A stretch of 64,000 bases of DNA from Bdellovibrionales bacterium. GTDB lineage: Bacteria > Bdellovibrionota > Bdellovibrionia > Bdellovibrionales > UBA1609. Numbering within the stretch: the stretch's first letter is position 1; every line of letters begins with the position of its first letter. A model generated the notes under the pieces. That model worked only from the letters and a program-made list of their open reading frames with translations, ran no database searches and was not told the origin of the DNA. The stretch lies in NCBI GenBank assembly GCA_965200875.1, contig OZ241456.1:384001-448000 (forward strand), given 5' to 3'. Made by a program: the position numbers and the translations under genes. This document shows, one piece after another, positions 30,676 through 40,650 of this stretch.

Positions 30676-32418
30676 ATGCACTCAGCAGAAATAAATCAAA
30701 AATTTATTTTCATTACAGGTGGTGTGGTGTCCTCTCTGGGGAAGGGGCTACTTTCCGCCAGCTTAGGGGCTTTGCTGGAAGCTCAAGACTATAAAATCAG
30801 CTTGATAAAATGTGACCCTTATCTGAATGTGGATCCCGGAACCATGTCTCCTTTTCAGCATGGGGAAGTTTATGTCACTGATGATGGCGCGGAAACAGAT
30901 ATGGATCTTGGACATTACGAGCGATTCACTCACGCGCCACTCCGAAGAGAAAACAGTATTACAACCGGTCAGATCTATGAAAGCGTGATTTTAAAAGAGA
31001 GAAAAGGAATGTATCTTGGTAATACTGTGCAGGTGATTCCTCATATTACGGATGAAATCAAGTCTCGTATTCGGTCAGCTGCGCGTTCAGCGGAAGTGGT
31101 GATTGTGGAGATAGGGGGCACTGTTGGGGATATTGAGAGTTTGCCTTTTATTGAGGCTATTCGGCAAATGCGGGTGGATTTGGATTCCAAAAATACTGCC
31201 TTTGTGCATCTTACCCTAGTTCCTTACCTTTCTGCTTCCCGGGAAGTAAAAAGTAAACCCACTCAACATTCTGTTAAAGCTCTAAGAGAGGTGGGTATTC
31301 AGCCAGATTTTTTAATTTGTCGAAGTGAAAAAACAATTGTTAGGGAGTTAAAAAAGAAAATTGCTTTGTTTTGCAGTGTGAGGGAAGAAAATGTCATTTC
31401 CGCTCCTGATGTGGATACCATTTATGAGCTTCCTTTGTTTTTACAAAGAGAAGACTTTGATAAAAAAATAATCAATCGTCTTTCTCTTAAAACCCGCCCC
31501 TCCAAGATGGATCTATGGAAAAATATTATTACGGCCATCAGAAAGCCGGATTACAAGGTTTCCATTGGATTGGTGGGTAAGTATGTGAACTTAAAAGACA
31601 GTTATCAATCCATCCATGAAGCACTTGTGCATGGAGGTGTAGCCAACAAGTGTCATGTGAGCATCAAATATATTGATTCAGAAACTTTAACAAATGAGAA
31701 TGTGGCTCAAAAGTTAAAAGATCTGGACGGAGTGTTGATTCCTGGCGGTTTTGGAGAAAGAGGTGTGGAAGGCAAAATTTCAGCCCTTAAATATGTGAGG
31801 GAAAACAATATTCCTTTTTTTGGAATTTGTCTTGGAATGCAGATGGCTATTTTGGAATTTGCCCGTCATGTTTGTGGCATTTTGGACGCAAGTAGCAGTG
31901 AGTTTATTCCACATTCTGACTCCATAAAAAACAGAGTTATTGATTATATGGATGGTCAGTCGGGCGATCAAAAAAAAGGGGGTAGTATGAGACTGGGAGC
32001 CTACGCCTGTCATTTAAAAAAAGACAGCCTAGCTTTTTCCATTTATAAAAAGAAAGATATTTACGAGCGACATCGTCATCGGTTTGAATTTAACAACAAA
32101 TTTAAAGCTCTGTTTGAGGAAAAGGGTATGATTTTTTCAGGTATCAATAAGGAAAAACATCTTGTGGAAGTGATTGAGCTTACCAAACATCCCTGGTTTT
32201 TAGCTGTGCAGTTTCATCCAGAGTTTCAATCCAAACCTTTAAAGCCACATCCTCTGTTCTCCAGTTTTGTTTCCTCTGCTCTTTTTATGAACCAACATCA
32301 AACAAAACTACCCCACTCATCAGAACTCAATCAACACTCATCATCATGTAGGCTTTCCCCATCGTCTGCGTCTCCTCCTAACCCTAATTCATTCAGTTTT
32401 GCAAACACAACTGTTTGA
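30676..32418 (+). CDS. pyrG: CTP synthase
   Basis: TGGVVSSLGKG, KPTQHSV, GICLGMQ, ERHRHRFE, QFHPEF. Confidence 0.98.
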   Translation: MHSAEINQKFIFITGGVVSSLGKGLLSASLGALLEAQDYKISLIKCDPYLNVDPGTMSPFQHGEVYVTDDGAETDMDLGHYERFTHAPLRRENSITTGQIYESVILKERKGMYLGNTVQVIPHITDEIKSRIRSAARSAEVVIVEIGGTVGDIESLPFIEAIRQMRVDLDSKNTAFVHLTLVPYLSASREVKSKPTQHSVKALREVGIQPDFLICRSEKTIVRELKKKIALFCSVREENVISAPDVDTIYELPLFLQREDFDKKIINRLSLKTRPSKMDLWKNIITAIRKPDYKVSIGLVGKYVNLKDSYQSIHEALVHGGVANKCHVSIKYIDSETLTNENVAQKLKDLDGVLIPGGFGERGVEGKISALKYVRENNIPFFGICLGMQMAILEFARHVCGILDASSSEFIPHSDSIKNRVIDYMDGQSGDQKKGGSMRLGAYACHLKKDSLAFSIYKKKDIYERHRHRFEFNNKFKALFEEKGMIFSGINKEKHLVEVIELTKHPWFLAVQFHPEFQSKPLKPHPLFSSFVSSALFMNQHQTKLPHSSELNQHSSSCRLSPSSASPPNPNSFSFANTTV

Positions 32419-33119
32419 TTAACATCACAGTATAACCTCTTAATACAGCTTTTTCTCTTTTCGCATTCTTCCTTTAAAATTTCGTGGCCGGCTTGGAAGG
32501 CATTGTCATTTTTTTTTAACGCACTTACTTCAAAAAAAGTTTGTTCCTTTTCCAAGTCCACATCTTTCTTCATACCTCTCAAAATAATATCTTTTTCTCC
32601 GTTTCCAGGAGTACCTAGAACAAGAAAAGCATTTCTCAAAGCTCTTTGATCCTCCTTTAAAAAAGCTGCCACTTTCGACTCATTGGCCACCCATTTAATC
32701 ATGGCATGCGCCAGTTCCCTGTTGTTAACGCTGGCGTATTTAGGCCAGAGGTCTTCATCGAAATCAATCACAATTTGTAAATGTTCAGCTTTAATAGAGC
32801 TCCAGTTTCCTTTTTCCATTGCTGAAAGAGCAGCATGTAATTTGGAGACACGGTCTGTGGTTTGATCCAGACATTTTTTTAAAAGAGATTTCGTAACAAA
32901 TAAATTATTACAATGTACTTTACATCTCTGGCTGTTTTGACACGCATCGGAAATGGCGCCTTTAAATTCACCGGTTAAACCATCTGTCGGTTTTGAATCC
33001 TCTGAAGAGAACATCCCACAGGAACTACCAAAACCCATAAAACCCAAGAAAAAAATCTGTAAAAAAAAAGTTTTGGTAACAGTGTGATGGATTCGAGAGC
33101 TTTTTATACTGAAAAACAA
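32331..33119 (-). CDS. Cys-rich hypothetical lipoprotein
   Basis: GTG start after AGGAGG; lipobox-like GSSC; multiple Cys. Confidence 0.75.
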   Translation of the reverse strand: MFFSIKSSRIHHTVTKTFFLQIFFLGFMGFGSSCGMFSSEDSKPTDGLTGEFKGAISDACQNSQRCKVHCNNLFVTKSLLKKCLDQTTDRVSKLHAALSAMEKGNWSSIKAEHLQIVIDFDEDLWPKYASVNNRELAHAMIKWVANESKVAAFLKEDQRALRNAFLVLGTPGNGEKDIILRGMKKDVDLEKEQTFFEVSALKKNDNAFQAGHEILKEECEKRKSCIKRLYCDVNQTVVFAKLNELGLGGDADDGESLHDDEC

Positions 33120-33164
33120 AGCACCTCCTAAAGTCCTATATACATTAAAAAAACTGCTTTATAT

Positions 33165-33194
33165 TATATCGGGTTCAGACACATTGACTCTTTA
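33165..33194 (-). promoter_or_regulatory. sigma28/FliA-like promoter
   Basis: minus strand TAAAG-N17-CCGATAT upstream of the 33119 gene. Confidence 0.45.
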
Positions 33195-33254
33195 ATAATT
33201 TATTTTTCGGGAAAAAATCAAAAAGAGAGTATAGGTTTTGTAAACTCTAAAAAA

Positions 33255-33815
33255 TCAGGATTTTGGAAATTCTTTTGACTGAACAGCTCGACTTAAGGAG
33301 TTATTCACCTGTTTTTCTATTACGGAGGAACTGGTTTCTGACTGAAAGTGAGAGGGGAGAAGAGAGTGAATGGGATCTTGTTCCAGTAAATCCTGATGAG
33401 ACTGCAAAACAGATTTTAAAGTGTTTTTTAATTGAATATGTATTCTCTTTAGATCAGATAAATCCTGATAAGCAGTTTTAAGGGAATCCCTTGCATCCTG
33501 TATAATAATATCTGCTTTTTGTTTGGCGTCTTCCAAAATAAAACGAGCTTCTTTTTCTGCCGATTCTCTGATTTTTCCAGCTATTTTTTGCGCAGAGGTA
33601 ATAGTGTCTCTTAAAACTTCCTCCCGCTCTCTGTATTCACGGAGAAAAGCCTCTTTCTCACGGACTTTATCAGAGAGAACAGATTTTTCCTTTTCCTTTT
33701 CTTCCAGCTCTAAAGCAATGGACTGAAGAAACTCCTCCACTTCAGAATGGCTGTACCCTCCTAGAACTTTGCGGGTAAAAGTTTTTGTTAGAATATCATC
33801 TGCATTGAGTTTCAT
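33255..33815 (-). CDS. divIVA: DivIVA domain protein
   Basis: L..DDI..K.F....GGY...EVEEFL N-terminal domain plus coiled coil (AEKEA..I..DA). Confidence 0.88.
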   Translation of the reverse strand: MKLNADDILTKTFTRKVLGGYSHSEVEEFLQSIALELEEKEKEKSVLSDKVREKEAFLREYREREEVLRDTITSAQKIAGKIRESAEKEARFILEDAKQKADIIIQDARDSLKTAYQDLSDLKRIHIQLKNTLKSVLQSHQDLLEQDPIHSLLPSHFQSETSSSVIEKQVNNSLSRAVQSKEFPKS

Positions 33816-34392
33816 GTGACCTCACATTCAGCTCTTCATCAGAGCTATAAAAAAGACTCAATCCTTTGAGCGGATTTAAACAAACAAGCTTGAAAACCTT
33901 GCTTTCCTGAAAAATACCTTCCTTGGCACAAAAAAACAAAAGTCGCTTTCAAACCACTAAGAATATAAATGAGAACATCCTTGTTCCCGAAGGTGACTTA
34001 CACGAACAGTTGCAAACACCTAAAGCTTCCAGCTTTCATTAAAAGAGTCTAAAAAACTTTTTTTAATAAATCCAATACTTATTCCTTGCGTTAGTATTTT
34101 ATTTCATACAGGACATAAGGCTATGTATCATTATGCTTCAAAGTGGAATCACTTTTTTGCCAAAGTGCTGATTTCCAAGGCTAAAGAAGTGGATAGCTCT
34201 TTACTGAATTAAAATTATATATGCTTTGCAAAAAAAACTAAGGTCAATGCAGGGGGCTATGGCTGAATCAAGATTATATGTATGCTTTGCAAAACACTCT
34301 GTAAGAAGAGGCTTGAACAAGAAAACCAGTACTCTCTGGTTTAAGATTTAGAAAATACAGGGATATTTCACACTATCTATGCGCAATTTTTC

Positions 34393-34420
34393 TTATGTTA
34401 CACAATCTGATTTCCGATAT
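34393..34420 (+). promoter_or_regulatory. sigma28/FliA-like promoter of the tadC operon
   Basis: TTATG-N16-CCGATAT, 38 bp before ATG 34459. Confidence 0.45.
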
Positions 34421-34458
34421 TTAAATAGTCGGACCTCGAATAAAAAAAGGCTTAAAAT

Positions 34459-35364
34459 ATGGAATTTAATCACATTTTTTTACTGTCAGGGTTAGCTTTA
34501 AGTGCTTTTTCTGTTTATTTATTTTGCTCCATCATTTTTGCGAAAAAAAATGACGCTGAATCCCTAGCTTGGGCAGAAGGAAACGAACCCACACCATCTA
34601 AAATGCCTTTGATCCAAATATCCAGACCATTGGTCCATAATCTGGCTCTAAAGCATGCCCGAAAAATCAAATCAAAAAAATACCGTGATTCTGTGGAACA
34701 TACATTGCTTACCGCCGGACTCCAAAAAGAATTAAACACGGATGAGTTTATCGGCTTGCAGATTCTATGGGGTATAATGTTTCCCGCGTTTTTTATCATC
34801 ATCAATTTTGCTCTTCAGCTGAATTACTCTTATGGACTCAGTGTTATTATTGCCGGTTTTGGATTATTATTTCCTCATTTTTATTGCACCAGCCATAAAA
34901 AAAGAAGGCATTTATCTGTTACCACTGAGCTTCCGTTTTTTGTAGATCTGTTGGCCCTCAGTACAGAAGCCGGCTTGGATTTTTTTGGAGCTATACAAAA
35001 AATCACGGAAAAGGCCAACAGTTCTGTACTCACTGATGAATTTCTTATTGTTCAAAAGGATATTAAACTGGGCAGTTCCCGAAACGAAGCCTTATCCAAT
35101 ATGGCGAAGAGAATGGATGTGGATGAGATCACCAGTGTTTGCACAATGATTATTGACTCAGATGAAACCGGGGCCAGCATTGCCAAAACCCTGAAAGCCA
35201 AATCAGAGCAGATGAGATATGAACGCTTTGCCCGTGCGGAAAAAGAAGGTGCAAAGGCTTCACAAAAAATGCTTCTGCCTATGATTATGCTTATTTTGCC
35301 GGCGGTTATGCTCACAATTTTTGCTCCTATTGGATTACAGTTTTTTTACGGAGGAGGAGGGTAA
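34459..35364 (+). CDS. tadC: Tad pilus platform protein TadC (T2SS F family)
   Basis: LPFFVDLL..STEAGL, G.SR.EAL, ETGASIA..L, RAE..GAK...K..LP. Confidence 0.88.
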   Translation: MEFNHIFLLSGLALSAFSVYLFCSIIFAKKNDAESLAWAEGNEPTPSKMPLIQISRPLVHNLALKHARKIKSKKYRDSVEHTLLTAGLQKELNTDEFIGLQILWGIMFPAFFIIINFALQLNYSYGLSVIIAGFGLLFPHFYCTSHKKRRHLSVTTELPFFVDLLALSTEAGLDFFGAIQKITEKANSSVLTDEFLIVQKDIKLGSSRNEALSNMAKRMDVDEITSVCTMIIDSDETGASIAKTLKAKSEQMRYERFARAEKEGAKASQKMLLPMIMLILPAVMLTIFAPIGLQFFYGGGG

Positions 35365-35717
35365 TGGCGCATTTGATTAACAGGAAAACAAACCAAGTGC
35401 TAGCGCAGAATGTGGTTTCAGCTCATGGCTTTTTTTTACGAATGAAGGGTTTAATGGGAAAAACAGATTTTCCCTCCTCATCCGCTTTCTGGATCACTCC
35501 CTGCAAGGGAGGTATTCACACATTTTTCATGAGGTTTCCGATTGATGTGATTTTTGTCAGTCGTTCCCTTTGCATTACTCGTGTATTTAAAAACATAAGA
35601 CCCTGGAAAATAGTTTATCCTGCTTTTGCCAAAACTCATTCTGTTTTTGAGTTTAAAGCACCGGCTTTGAATCAATATTGTTTACAAAAAGGAGATCAGC
35701 TTTATGTGGGCTATTAG
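35364..35717 (+). CDS. DUF192 family protein
   Basis: RMKGLMG, IHTFFMRFPIDVIF, SVFEF motifs. Confidence 0.85.
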   Translation: MAHLINRKTNQVLAQNVVSAHGFFLRMKGLMGKTDFPSSSAFWITPCKGGIHTFFMRFPIDVIFVSRSLCITRVFKNIRPWKIVYPAFAKTHSVFEFKAPALNQYCLQKGDQLYVGY

Positions 35718-37341
35718 ATTTTTAAACGGCAAGTTGGTCGGACAGGAAATTCCTCTTCAAGAAGGCAAGTATGTTCTGGGCCGAAGCGAGGATTGTCAAG
35801 TCACCATACCGGATGCGGGCATATCCAAGAAACACGCGGAAATAGAAGTGGATGAACACGGAATTATTATTTATGATTTAGGGTCCAGTAACGGCACTTT
35901 CTTAAATGGTGTAAAAATCCAGGAAAGTGAAGTTCAAAAAAAAGACAAAGTGTCCTTAAGCCAAACCACTTTCGACATTGTTCAGTCTAGTGCTCTGAGT
36001 CTAATGCCTTCTCCTCCCGCTACTCACACTTCCCATTCCCATCCAGAAGTAAAGACGCTACAAACCCCGGTGGGTTTGCAGACGGCGCAGGCTCATTATG
36101 GTTATCCTTCTCAAGATCAGGTTCAGGGACAAACTCCAATACAAGAAGGAGAAAAAGCACCATTAAAGCTTACACTTAAAAACTGGTTTTTAAATTATTT
36201 GGATAAAGTGGTATTGCCGGGGGTTTATAAAGTTCCGGAAGTCATGGAATTTAAATGGGTTATTGCTTCTTTTTTAATTTTCTTCATTGTAACAATGACA
36301 GCACTTTCTGCATTTCCCCTGATTGAGATCCTTAACTCCAGTGTAGCTCAGGAGAGTATGAATCATGCGGAAAGCATTGCCACAACTTTGGCACGTATGA
36401 ACTACGAACCCATTAAAAATCAAATACATTCTGCGGCCAGTGTGGAATATGCTCTCAGGAGACCAGGAGTTTCCAAAGCTTTTTTAATTTCTGCCACCAC
36501 TGGAAAAATCATAGCTCCTTCTGAACAGGCGCACACCTATATCAAGGTTCCTTTTGTCAATGAAGGGCGCAAAAAAGAAACCACCTCTGTAAAAAAATTG
36601 GATTCTAATACTGTAGCCGCTATGGTGCCCATCCAGTTTTATAACACCAAAACAAACACCCACAACGCAGCGGCTTATTCTGTGGTGATTTATGACACAG
36701 GAACACTGGCTTTTGGGAATAAAAGAACTATAAGCCTCCTTGTGCAAAATTGTTTTATCGCCTTAGTTTTGGGGCTGTTGGTTTTTTTTCTGCTTTATAA
36801 AATGATTGAATTTCCCATTTCCTCCCTGAATAAACAGCTCAACTCCGCTTTACAGGACGAATCCCTGTCCGTAAAAACGGATTATGACTTCATTCCTCTT
36901 CAAAATCTAACAGCCAATATTAATTCCGCTTTATCTCGTATTTCCGCCGCCCAGTCAGTCAGCCAGCAAACAGGGGACTATGATCGTCTGACGGAAATGA
37001 ATGATATGATCGAAATGATAGGCTATCCCACTTTAGGAATTGAAATGGAGAATCTGAAAATTCAAGGAGCTAGTGCAAGTTTTGAAGAAGAGACAGGAGT
37101 CAGTACGGAGAGAATCCTGAATTACAATGTTCAGGATATTGACGACCAGGCTTTGAAACTGAACCTGAGCAATTTACTGGAACGGGTACAGCAACACCCG
37201 CAGGAAATTGCTTCAGACTCTTTGGAGTTTAGCGGTGTTGAGTTTCAGCTTTCTGCAAAAGGAATTTATGGAAAAGAGGGGCTTGCTTACACTCTGATTT
37301 CCTTTATTCCCATGAACCAAGAACAAGAAGAGGCGGGATAA
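35704..37341 (+). CDS. FHA-domain inner membrane protein (2 TM with periplasmic domain)
   Basis: LGRS..ISKKHA..SSNGTF; two hydrophobic helices. Confidence 0.85.
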   Translation: MWAIRFLNGKLVGQEIPLQEGKYVLGRSEDCQVTIPDAGISKKHAEIEVDEHGIIIYDLGSSNGTFLNGVKIQESEVQKKDKVSLSQTTFDIVQSSALSLMPSPPATHTSHSHPEVKTLQTPVGLQTAQAHYGYPSQDQVQGQTPIQEGEKAPLKLTLKNWFLNYLDKVVLPGVYKVPEVMEFKWVIASFLIFFIVTMTALSAFPLIEILNSSVAQESMNHAESIATTLARMNYEPIKNQIHSAASVEYALRRPGVSKAFLISATTGKIIAPSEQAHTYIKVPFVNEGRKKETTSVKKLDSNTVAAMVPIQFYNTKTNTHNAAAYSVVIYDTGTLAFGNKRTISLLVQNCFIALVLGLLVFFLLYKMIEFPISSLNKQLNSALQDESLSVKTDYDFIPLQNLTANINSALSRISAAQSVSQQTGDYDRLTEMNDMIEMIGYPTLGIEMENLKIQGASASFEEETGVSTERILNYNVQDIDDQALKLNLSNLLERVQQHPQEIASDSLEFSGVEFQLSAKGIYGKEGLAYTLISFIPMNQEQEEAG

Positions 37342-37398
37342 AATTATGGTTATCTCTTTATATTCCTCGGAATCCAGAACCAGAAGAGGTGAAAAACT

Positions 37399-38529
37399 AT
37401 GAAAAAAACTCTTCCTTCTCCTGTGCCTTTTCCTTCTTCCTCGCCGAACACAACTCGGCTAAAAATTATCAAAGGTCCTCATAAAGGAGCTTCTTATAAG
37501 TTAGTGGCAGGAAAAGTCACTATTGGTCGAAGTTCGGAAAATGATATTGCTCTTGTAAACGACAATAAATGTTCTCGAAAACAAGCTGTTTTGATCATGG
37601 GGCCTGATAACAGTTACTCCCTTAAAGATTTAAGCAACAGAGCTTCCATTAAAGTAAATAATCTGACAAAAATCCAATCCGATTTACAGGATGGAGATTT
37701 AATTCAATTCGGTTCCACAATTTTACAGTTCGAACATAAACCCGCCACTATCTCTACTCAACCCTTAAGCAATATTCCATTTTTGCCTTTGCCCACCACA
37801 GCACACAATTCAACATCTCCCTCACAAAGCACGCACTCCCTTACTCCCACTCCTGTAGAAGCCCCAAAAAAAGATTTGCCAGCCTTAAAACCTGAAAACC
37901 CTTTGGACTCTGCTCCTAATTTAAACCCGTCTATCCCTCCTGATCCCTATTCCGCTAATATCCCTCCCCCTTTTCCCTCTTCCAAGAAACAAAAACGTCC
38001 GCTTATGCCCAAAATAATATTGCTGGTTTTGGTTTTAGCCGGTGCTTGGCTGTTTTTAAGTGATGATTCCACAAACAAGACAGAAAAAGAAGACAAACTG
38101 AAAACCAATCTGGAAAGAGAGGAAGATGTAAAAACCCTCACCGAACTCAAAGAAAAAGAACAGGAAAAAAGACAAAAAAACAGTTCGCCGAGTTATAAAA
38201 ACGCTCAATTTGCTTATGTAAATGGCATCAGAGATTACAGAAAAGGGGTTTATAACAGAGCTATTGAATCTTTTCGGGTTTGTAAAACACTTTATCCTCA
38301 ACATCCCTTATGTGCGAATTATCTGAAGAAAGCCCAAGTAAAAAATCAGCAGCTGATACAAGCTTGGATGGTGGCAGGAAAAGATTACCGGGAAAAACGG
38401 CGCTTTATTCCCTGTATGTCTTCTTTTAAAAATGTCATGATGGCCCTGAAAGATAAACAACATATCACATACAAGGAAGCCCTTGAAAACTACACAATTT
38501 GTAAAATACAACACGAGGATCGTTACTGA
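37399..38529 (+). CDS. FHA - Pro-rich linker - TM - TPR-like protein
   Basis: IGRSSEND FHA, Pro-rich linker, single TM, Cys-containing helical C-terminus. Confidence 0.82.
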   Translation: MKKTLPSPVPFPSSSPNTTRLKIIKGPHKGASYKLVAGKVTIGRSSENDIALVNDNKCSRKQAVLIMGPDNSYSLKDLSNRASIKVNNLTKIQSDLQDGDLIQFGSTILQFEHKPATISTQPLSNIPFLPLPTTAHNSTSPSQSTHSLTPTPVEAPKKDLPALKPENPLDSAPNLNPSIPPDPYSANIPPPFPSSKKQKRPLMPKIILLVLVLAGAWLFLSDDSTNKTEKEDKLKTNLEREEDVKTLTELKEKEQEKRQKNSSPSYKNAQFAYVNGIRDYRKGVYNRAIESFRVCKTLYPQHPLCANYLKKAQVKNQQLIQAWMVAGKDYREKRRFIPCMSSFKNVMMALKDKQHITYKEALENYTICKIQHEDRY

Positions 38530-40631
38530 TGCCAAAACTGATTATCAAACAAAAAGGAAAACTTCTTCAGAAAATAGAACTGACAGAGGGTAAAGAATAC
38601 CTTATTGGTCGGGGAAAAGAAAGTGATATTATTTTACCTGAAGAACCCGGCATTTCCCGGAAGCATCTTTCTTTTTCTGAAGGAGAGGATAACCAGTGGA
38701 TCGTTAAAAATCTTTCTCAAATAAGTACGCTCAATATCAACGGTGTGCCGGCGGATGAAGGGTCTTTATCTCTTGGAGGGGCTTTTCAAGTGCAGGATTT
38801 TGAATTTCTTTTGCAATCAGCGGAGGTGACAAAACCTCCACTTTCTCAAACAAAAACAAAAGATTCCCTGCAAGATCATAACAATAAAGAATCCCCATCA
38901 AGTGCCTCTTTGGGAGAAGAGAGCGCGGAAGAAGAATTAGCTCCTTCCCATGAGTTACCGGCGGTGGTTTCCTCAGAAGGTGAAACCCATATTATGGATA
39001 TAGGTTCAGAAAAACAGAAACTATCGGCCTATTTAAAAGTGTCTTATGCTGATGATGCTCCAAGAGATATTTTTAAACTGGAAGAACAGGAAGAATGGAT
39101 TTTCGGCAGAGATGAAACAGCTGATATCATGGTGGATAATCCCAACATCAGCAGAGAGCATTTTAAAATAAGTGAATCAGAAGGAAAATACTATATAAAG
39201 GACTTAAAAAGCTCAAATGGTACTTTATTAAACGACAAAGAGTTAAGCACAGGGAAAAAATATCCCATACAAAGTGGCGATGTTATTTATATTTTGGACA
39301 TTGAAATTGTGTTTGAAATTAAAAATCTATCCTTAGAAAAAGAATTGTCAAAACTCACCCCTCCTTCCAAAGCGAAATTCCCTGCAAGTGGTGTTCCTGT
39401 GGTGGGTGCAAGTGGTGTTCCTGTGGTGGGTGCAAGTGGTGGTGTTCCTGTGGCGGGTGCAAGTGGTGTTCCTGTGGCGGGCGTGCTAGGAAGTTATATG
39501 CCTCCCCCTCTGCCAGCCCATGTTCCCGGTGTTATTTTGGAAACTTCGTCAGAAGACACAAAATCTTTTTTTCAAAAAAACAAAAAGCGACTTATGATAT
39601 ACGGAGCTTTGGCGATAGCTGTTGTTTTTATCTTTTCAAACACCAACAAAGAATCAGTGGAAAAAGGGAAAGAACCCACTGTCCCCAGTATTGTGCAAAC
39701 TGGAGAAGGGGCTGGACTGACTCCCCAACAGTTACAAATTGTAAAAGACACCTATCAGTCTGCACAACAGCTATACTCTCAGGGAAAATTTGAATACTGT
39801 AAAAGTGAAGTAATAAAAATTCATGAATATACAGATTCCTATCGGGATTCCAAGAAACTAGAAATCGCCTGTGCGCAAGCGGCAGAAAATCAAAGAATGC
39901 AGTATGATTTAGAGAGAAAAAAACGAAAAGCTGAAGAAACAGAAAAACTCATTCAAAAAACCACAGACAAGTGTCGGGAAAAATTTGACACATTCACATT
40001 TAAACACGAACTAGTGACCTGTTTGAATCCAGCTATAGAACTTTCTCCAGCAGATAGTCGGATCCATATTCTTACAGAAAAATTTGATGCAATTGAAATA
40101 GAAAAAGAGGAAAAAAAACAGCAGATAGCTGAAAGAAAACAATTCATCAGATCCATTGCTAATAAATACACTTACGCCAGATCTCTTTACAAGAGCGGGA
40201 AAATTTTAAAAGCCATGACTGCTTACAGGCACTTTATTTCAAGCAGTAACCACAGAGAATTAAAAGAAACCAGAGACAAAGCTCAAAGAGAGTTGGCCAC
40301 TATCCAAAAAAACTTTCATGACAAAAACAATAAAATGCACAAAGAGTGTTCCAGTCAGTTTAACGCCAATCAGTTTAAAATCGCTTACTACACTTGCCGG
40401 AAAGCTTATCGTAAAATCCCTCCCCCTCACAATGCACCCTCTCTTAAGTTTATGCAAAAAGCCAAACAAACTTTGGAAGTGGAAATGAAACCCATTTATG
40501 AGGAAGCAAATCTTAATGAAAGCGTGGGCAATGTGAGTATTGCTCAGGAACATTGGAAAAAAATTTTAAAACGGGATGTGGATACCGGCTTATACTATAA
40601 CCGGGCAAAAGAAAAAATGGATAAATACTAG
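38529..40631 (+). CDS. double-FHA - TM - TPR-like protein
   Basis: two FHA domains (IGRG..ISRKH; FGRD..ISREH..SSNGT), TM, helical repeats. Confidence 0.85.
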   Translation: MPKLIIKQKGKLLQKIELTEGKEYLIGRGKESDIILPEEPGISRKHLSFSEGEDNQWIVKNLSQISTLNINGVPADEGSLSLGGAFQVQDFEFLLQSAEVTKPPLSQTKTKDSLQDHNNKESPSSASLGEESAEEELAPSHELPAVVSSEGETHIMDIGSEKQKLSAYLKVSYADDAPRDIFKLEEQEEWIFGRDETADIMVDNPNISREHFKISESEGKYYIKDLKSSNGTLLNDKELSTGKKYPIQSGDVIYILDIEIVFEIKNLSLEKELSKLTPPSKAKFPASGVPVVGASGVPVVGASGGVPVAGASGVPVAGVLGSYMPPPLPAHVPGVILETSSEDTKSFFQKNKKRLMIYGALAIAVVFIFSNTNKESVEKGKEPTVPSIVQTGEGAGLTPQQLQIVKDTYQSAQQLYSQGKFEYCKSEVIKIHEYTDSYRDSKKLEIACAQAAENQRMQYDLERKKRKAEETEKLIQKTTDKCREKFDTFTFKHELVTCLNPAIELSPADSRIHILTEKFDAIEIEKEEKKQQIAERKQFIRSIANKYTYARSLYKSGKILKAMTAYRHFISSSNHRELKETRDKAQRELATIQKNFHDKNNKMHKECSSQFNANQFKIAYYTCRKAYRKIPPPHNAPSLKFMQKAKQTLEVEMKPIYEEANLNESVGNVSIAQEHWKKILKRDVDTGLYYNRAKEKMDKY
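39383..39481 (+). repeat. in-frame tandem repeat (ASG(G)VPV(V/A)G) x4
   Basis: 24/27-bp units TGCAAGTGGTGTTCCTGTGGTGGG. Confidence 0.85.
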
Positions 40632-40650
40632 CAAGGTACAAAGGAATAAA

